This document shows, one piece after another, positions 61,078-64,000 of a stretch of DNA of 64,000 bases. Position 1 is the first letter of the stretch; every line of letters begins with the position of its first letter. Both the position numbers and the translations under genes were made by a program. This stretch comes from Hyphomicrobiales bacterium (GTDB taxonomy: Bacteria > Pseudomonadota > Alphaproteobacteria > Rhizobiales > Rhizobiaceae): the NCBI GenBank assembly GCA_026400435.1, contig JAPLOZ010000019.1, positions 5,311 to 69,310 of the forward strand, written 5' to 3'. The notes beneath the pieces were generated by a model. It was given only the letters and a program-made list of their open reading frames with translations, was not told where the DNA came from and did not search any database.

Positions 61078-63776
61078 TGGTCCTCCGGCGGAGCGTCATC
61101 CGCCGATGCTGCCGGAAACCGCAAAGTAATGCGAGTGCCACGTCGTTTGACGGCGGGGCTTTCGGCGCGGATCGTGCCCCCCATCGCCTCGACGAATCCC
61201 CTGGCTATGGCGAGGCCCAGCCCCGTACCGGGAATTCGACCGTCAGGCTTTGCGCGCCGGAAGAATTTTTCGAAGACGTGCTCCAGATCCGTCGCGGCGA
61301 TGCCCTTGCCGAGATCGGTGACTGAGATCACCACATCCTTCGCGTCGTTCCGGACATAGATGCTAATCGGATCGCTGCCGCCGTACTTCAACGCATTGTC
61401 GATGAGGTTGAACAGCACCTGGCCGAGAAGCACGCTGTCGCCTCGGATCAATGGAAGCCCGTCGGCGAGACTGGTCTCGACAACGCAGCCCGGGAAATAT
61501 CTGCCGGTGCGCTGCACAGCTGTGTGTACGACATCGCCGACATCAACCCAGTCGCGTTTGGCATCCACCGTGCCGGCCTCGATCCTAGTCATGTCGAGCA
61601 GGTTGGCGACAAAACGCACCAGGCGGTCGCTTTCCTCCTCGATCGAGACCAGCAGGTCGGTGCGGCTTTCCGGGGTCATCTTGTCCCCGAGCTCGCGCAG
61701 GCTGGAGACCGCGCCCGTGATCGTTGCGAGCGGCGTCTTCAGGTCGTGTGAGATCGACGACAGAAGTGCGGAGCGGAACCGTTCGCCTTCGAGCCGCGCC
61801 GCCTGCTCCAGGCTTTCGCGGGAGAGTCTCGCGCGGTCGATGGCAATCGCAGTCTGGTCGAGGATGGAGCCAAAGATCTGTTCTTCCTCCGCGCCCAATA
61901 CCTGGCCTGCCTGCCGGTAGCCGACAACGGCCGCCACGCCGGCCGACGTGCCGAGCGGGCGGAACTGGAAAGGGCTGTTGGGCAGCGTGCCGGTGCCGTT
62001 GCCTGCCGGCTCGTTCTTCTCCATTGCCCAGCGCGCGGCCATCATGTCGGTCACATCGAGTTCGTTATCGGGGGGCCAGGCGCCAGCCAGTGCAAGATCG
62101 CCGGCTGTGGCCGACAAAAGCATGACGTCACGTCTGAGCGACGCCCGCAGTTGGGCCACCGCCGCCCAGACCACATCTTCGTAGTTGACCGTGCCGGACA
62201 GTTTTCGGGAGAAGTCATAGAGGGCCTGGGTCGAAGCGGCGCGGCGGCCCGCGGTCGCCGCCTGGTCGCTCAGCCTCGACGCCAGTCCCCCGGCGATCAA
62301 GGCGGCGACAATAAAGATGAACAGCCCGAACACCTCGTGCGGCGAAGCTATCGTGAATGTGTGGAAAGGCGGGATGAAGAAGAAGTTGTAGGCAAGGCCG
62401 GAGAGGATGGCGGCGAGCAGCGCCGCGACATAGCCGGCATAGACCGCGGACAGGAGCACGGCCAGCAGATAAAGAAGCGACACGTTGGGAAGGTCGACGA
62501 AACGCTCGATCAACGCTCCGAGAGCGGTTGCGACCGAGACCACGACCAACGGAAATCCAAGTTCCCATTTGGGGTTGTGCAGGTGCAACCAGCTTGGCCA
62601 ATGCCGCTCGGGACTGGGTGGCGGGTCGGTCGCTTCGCTGGTGACGACATGGATGCCGAGGCCGGCCACTCGCTCAATCAGGGCGTCCGGCAGCGAGTTG
62701 CGCCACAGGCTGGCGGGAAAAGCCTGACGGCGTCCGCCAATGACGATCTGCGTCACATGCTCGCGACGCGCAGTCTTGAGTATTTCCTCGACGAAATCGC
62801 GCCCGGTCACCCGGCGCGTCTCAGCGCCCAGGCTTTCCGCCAGCTTGAAAGTTGCCGCCAGCCGTTGCGTTATCTCGGGACGCGGCGGCGGGCTGTCGGC
62901 GCGCTCGATCGAGATCGCCAGCCAGGGCGCGTTCAGTCCCGACGCCAAGCGGGCAGCCGTGCGCACCACCTTCCCGGAGAGGTGGTCCGCTCCGATGCAG
63001 ACGAGCAGTCGCTCGGTTGTCTGCCAGGGTCCCTCAATTGCGTTCTGTTTCAGATAGTCAACCATCTGGTCGTCGACGCGGTCGGCTGTGCGGCGCAACG
63101 CCATTTCACGCAACGCCGTGAGGTTGCCGAGCCGGAAGAAGCTGTCTACGGCGCGCTGTGCATTCTCGGGGAGATAGACCTTGCCTTCCTTCAGCCGCTC
63201 GATCAGTTCGGCCGGCGCGAGATCGACCAGCAGCACATCGTCGGCGCGCTGGAGCACGACGTCTGGCACGCGCTCCCGCACCGGGACGCCGGTAATCTCG
63301 GCGACAACATCCGACAGGCTTTCCAGGTGCTGGATGTTCATTGCCGACCAGACATTGATGCCTGCGGCAAGCAGCTCCTCCACGTCGAGGTAACGTTTGG
63401 GGTGGCGGCTGTCCGGCGCATTGGTATGCGCCAGCTCATCGACAATGATGATGCTTGGCCGGCGCAGAAGCGCGGCGTCGAGGTCGAATTCCTCAATCTG
63501 CCGGCCCAGATGGCCGATCTGCCGGCGCGACAGAACCTCCAGCCCCTCAAGCAGGGCGGCAGTCTCGCCGCGGCCGTGGGTCTCGACAAGTCCGACGACG
63601 ATGTCGACACCGTCGGTCCTGAGACGACGGGCGCGCGTCAGCATGGCGAAAGTCTTGCCGACGCCCGGCGCGGCGCCGAGGAAGAGGGTCAGCTTCCCGC
63701 GACCTTCGCCGCCCGCAAGCGCGAGCAGAGCGTCTGGATCGGGTCGGTTGCCGGCTCTACGGTCTGCGTCGCCCAT
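61074..63776 (-). CDS. kdpD: Sensor histidine kinase KdpD
   Basis: GAAPGVGKT, VDELAHTN, USP domain, four TMs, GAF, SISHDLKTPL, GTGLGLAI. Confidence 0.96.
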   Translation of the reverse strand: MGDADRRAGNRPDPDALLALAGGEGRGKLTLFLGAAPGVGKTFAMLTRARRLRTDGVDIVVGLVETHGRGETAALLEGLEVLSRRQIGHLGRQIEEFDLDAALLRRPSIIIVDELAHTNAPDSRHPKRYLDVEELLAAGINVWSAMNIQHLESLSDVVAEITGVPVRERVPDVVLQRADDVLLVDLAPAELIERLKEGKVYLPENAQRAVDSFFRLGNLTALREMALRRTADRVDDQMVDYLKQNAIEGPWQTTERLLVCIGADHLSGKVVRTAARLASGLNAPWLAISIERADSPPPRPEITQRLAATFKLAESLGAETRRVTGRDFVEEILKTARREHVTQIVIGGRRQAFPASLWRNSLPDALIERVAGLGIHVVTSEATDPPPSPERHWPSWLHLHNPKWELGFPLVVVSVATALGALIERFVDLPNVSLLYLLAVLLSAVYAGYVAALLAAILSGLAYNFFFIPPFHTFTIASPHEVFGLFIFIVAALIAGGLASRLSDQAATAGRRAASTQALYDFSRKLSGTVNYEDVVWAAVAQLRASLRRDVMLLSATAGDLALAGAWPPDNELDVTDMMAARWAMEKNEPAGNGTGTLPNSPFQFRPLGTSAGVAAVVGYRQAGQVLGAEEEQIFGSILDQTAIAIDRARLSRESLEQAARLEGERFRSALLSSISHDLKTPLATITGAVSSLRELGDKMTPESRTDLLVSIEEESDRLVRFVANLLDMTRIEAGTVDAKRDWVDVGDVVHTAVQRTGRYFPGCVVETSLADGLPLIRGDSVLLGQVLFNLIDNALKYGGSDPISIYVRNDAKDVVISVTDLGKGIAATDLEHVFEKFFRRAKPDGRIPGTGLGLAIARGFVEAMGGTIRAESPAVKRRGTRITLRFPAASADDAPPEDQ

Positions 63777-63784
63777 CGTCGATT

Positions 63785-64000
63785 TCAGGACTTCGGCGCA
63801 TCGAGCGCCAGGTTGAGCCGCAGCACATTTACACGCGGCTCGCCGACAATACCGAGCAAACGGCCTTCCGTGAAGCGTTCGACCAGGGCCGCCACCTCCG
63901 TTTCCGCCAGGCCGCGAGTCGCAGCGACGCGCTTTATCTGCGCGGAAGCGAATTCCGGGGAGATGTCGGGGTCGAGACCGGAGCCCGAGGCCGTGGCTCC
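63785..64000 (-). CDS. kdpC: K+-transporting ATPase subunit C (3' part only)
   Basis: Manual translation: [38 protein letters not shown]. Confidence 0.92.
   Translation of the reverse strand, partial: GATASGSGLDPDISPEFASAQIKRVAATRGLAETEVAALVERFTEGRLLGIVGEPRVNVLRLNLALDAPKS

Overview
This is a GC-rich (visually about 65%) alphaproteobacterial chromosome segment. Gene content and order fit Rhizobiales/Phyllobacteriaceae (Mesorhizobium/Aminobacter-like); this is an inference. Most of it is core genome: SLT-ispG, dadA-alr, rppH-yibQ-ctpA-envC-rlmH-rsfS, a non-flagellar MotA/MotB-like pair, tsaD-gpsA-yciI-EVE-methyltransferase, hemC-hemD-mic60-hemY, mntH, DUF1013/trcR, tkt-gap-cvrA-pgk-fda, DUF4164-zapA, rpoH, rluD, tRNA-Glu(CTC) and kdpC'DE. 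Small accessory blocks are interspersed. No transposase, integrase, prophage, CRISPR array or rRNA was seen. The most notable observations are: (1) a YafY-type WYL regulator with two matched palindromic operator/promoter units, one in front of an unannotated 57-aa DUF1127-like gene; (2) a three-glycosyltransferase cassette whose last gene fuses a GT32 (Och1/Sur1-like) domain to an Anp1/Mnn9-like (GT62) domain; (3) an in-frame TAG interrupting the conserved EVE gene; (4) two copies of a ~105-bp composite palindromic RIME/Bru-RS-like element; (5) another unannotated small membrane protein, a probable frameshift, a probable CTG start in rsfS, and several readable regulatory sites (Pho, Mur, PckR-like, CtrA-like, EcfG-like, RpoH-like). 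All family assignments come from motif recognition by eye, with no database search.
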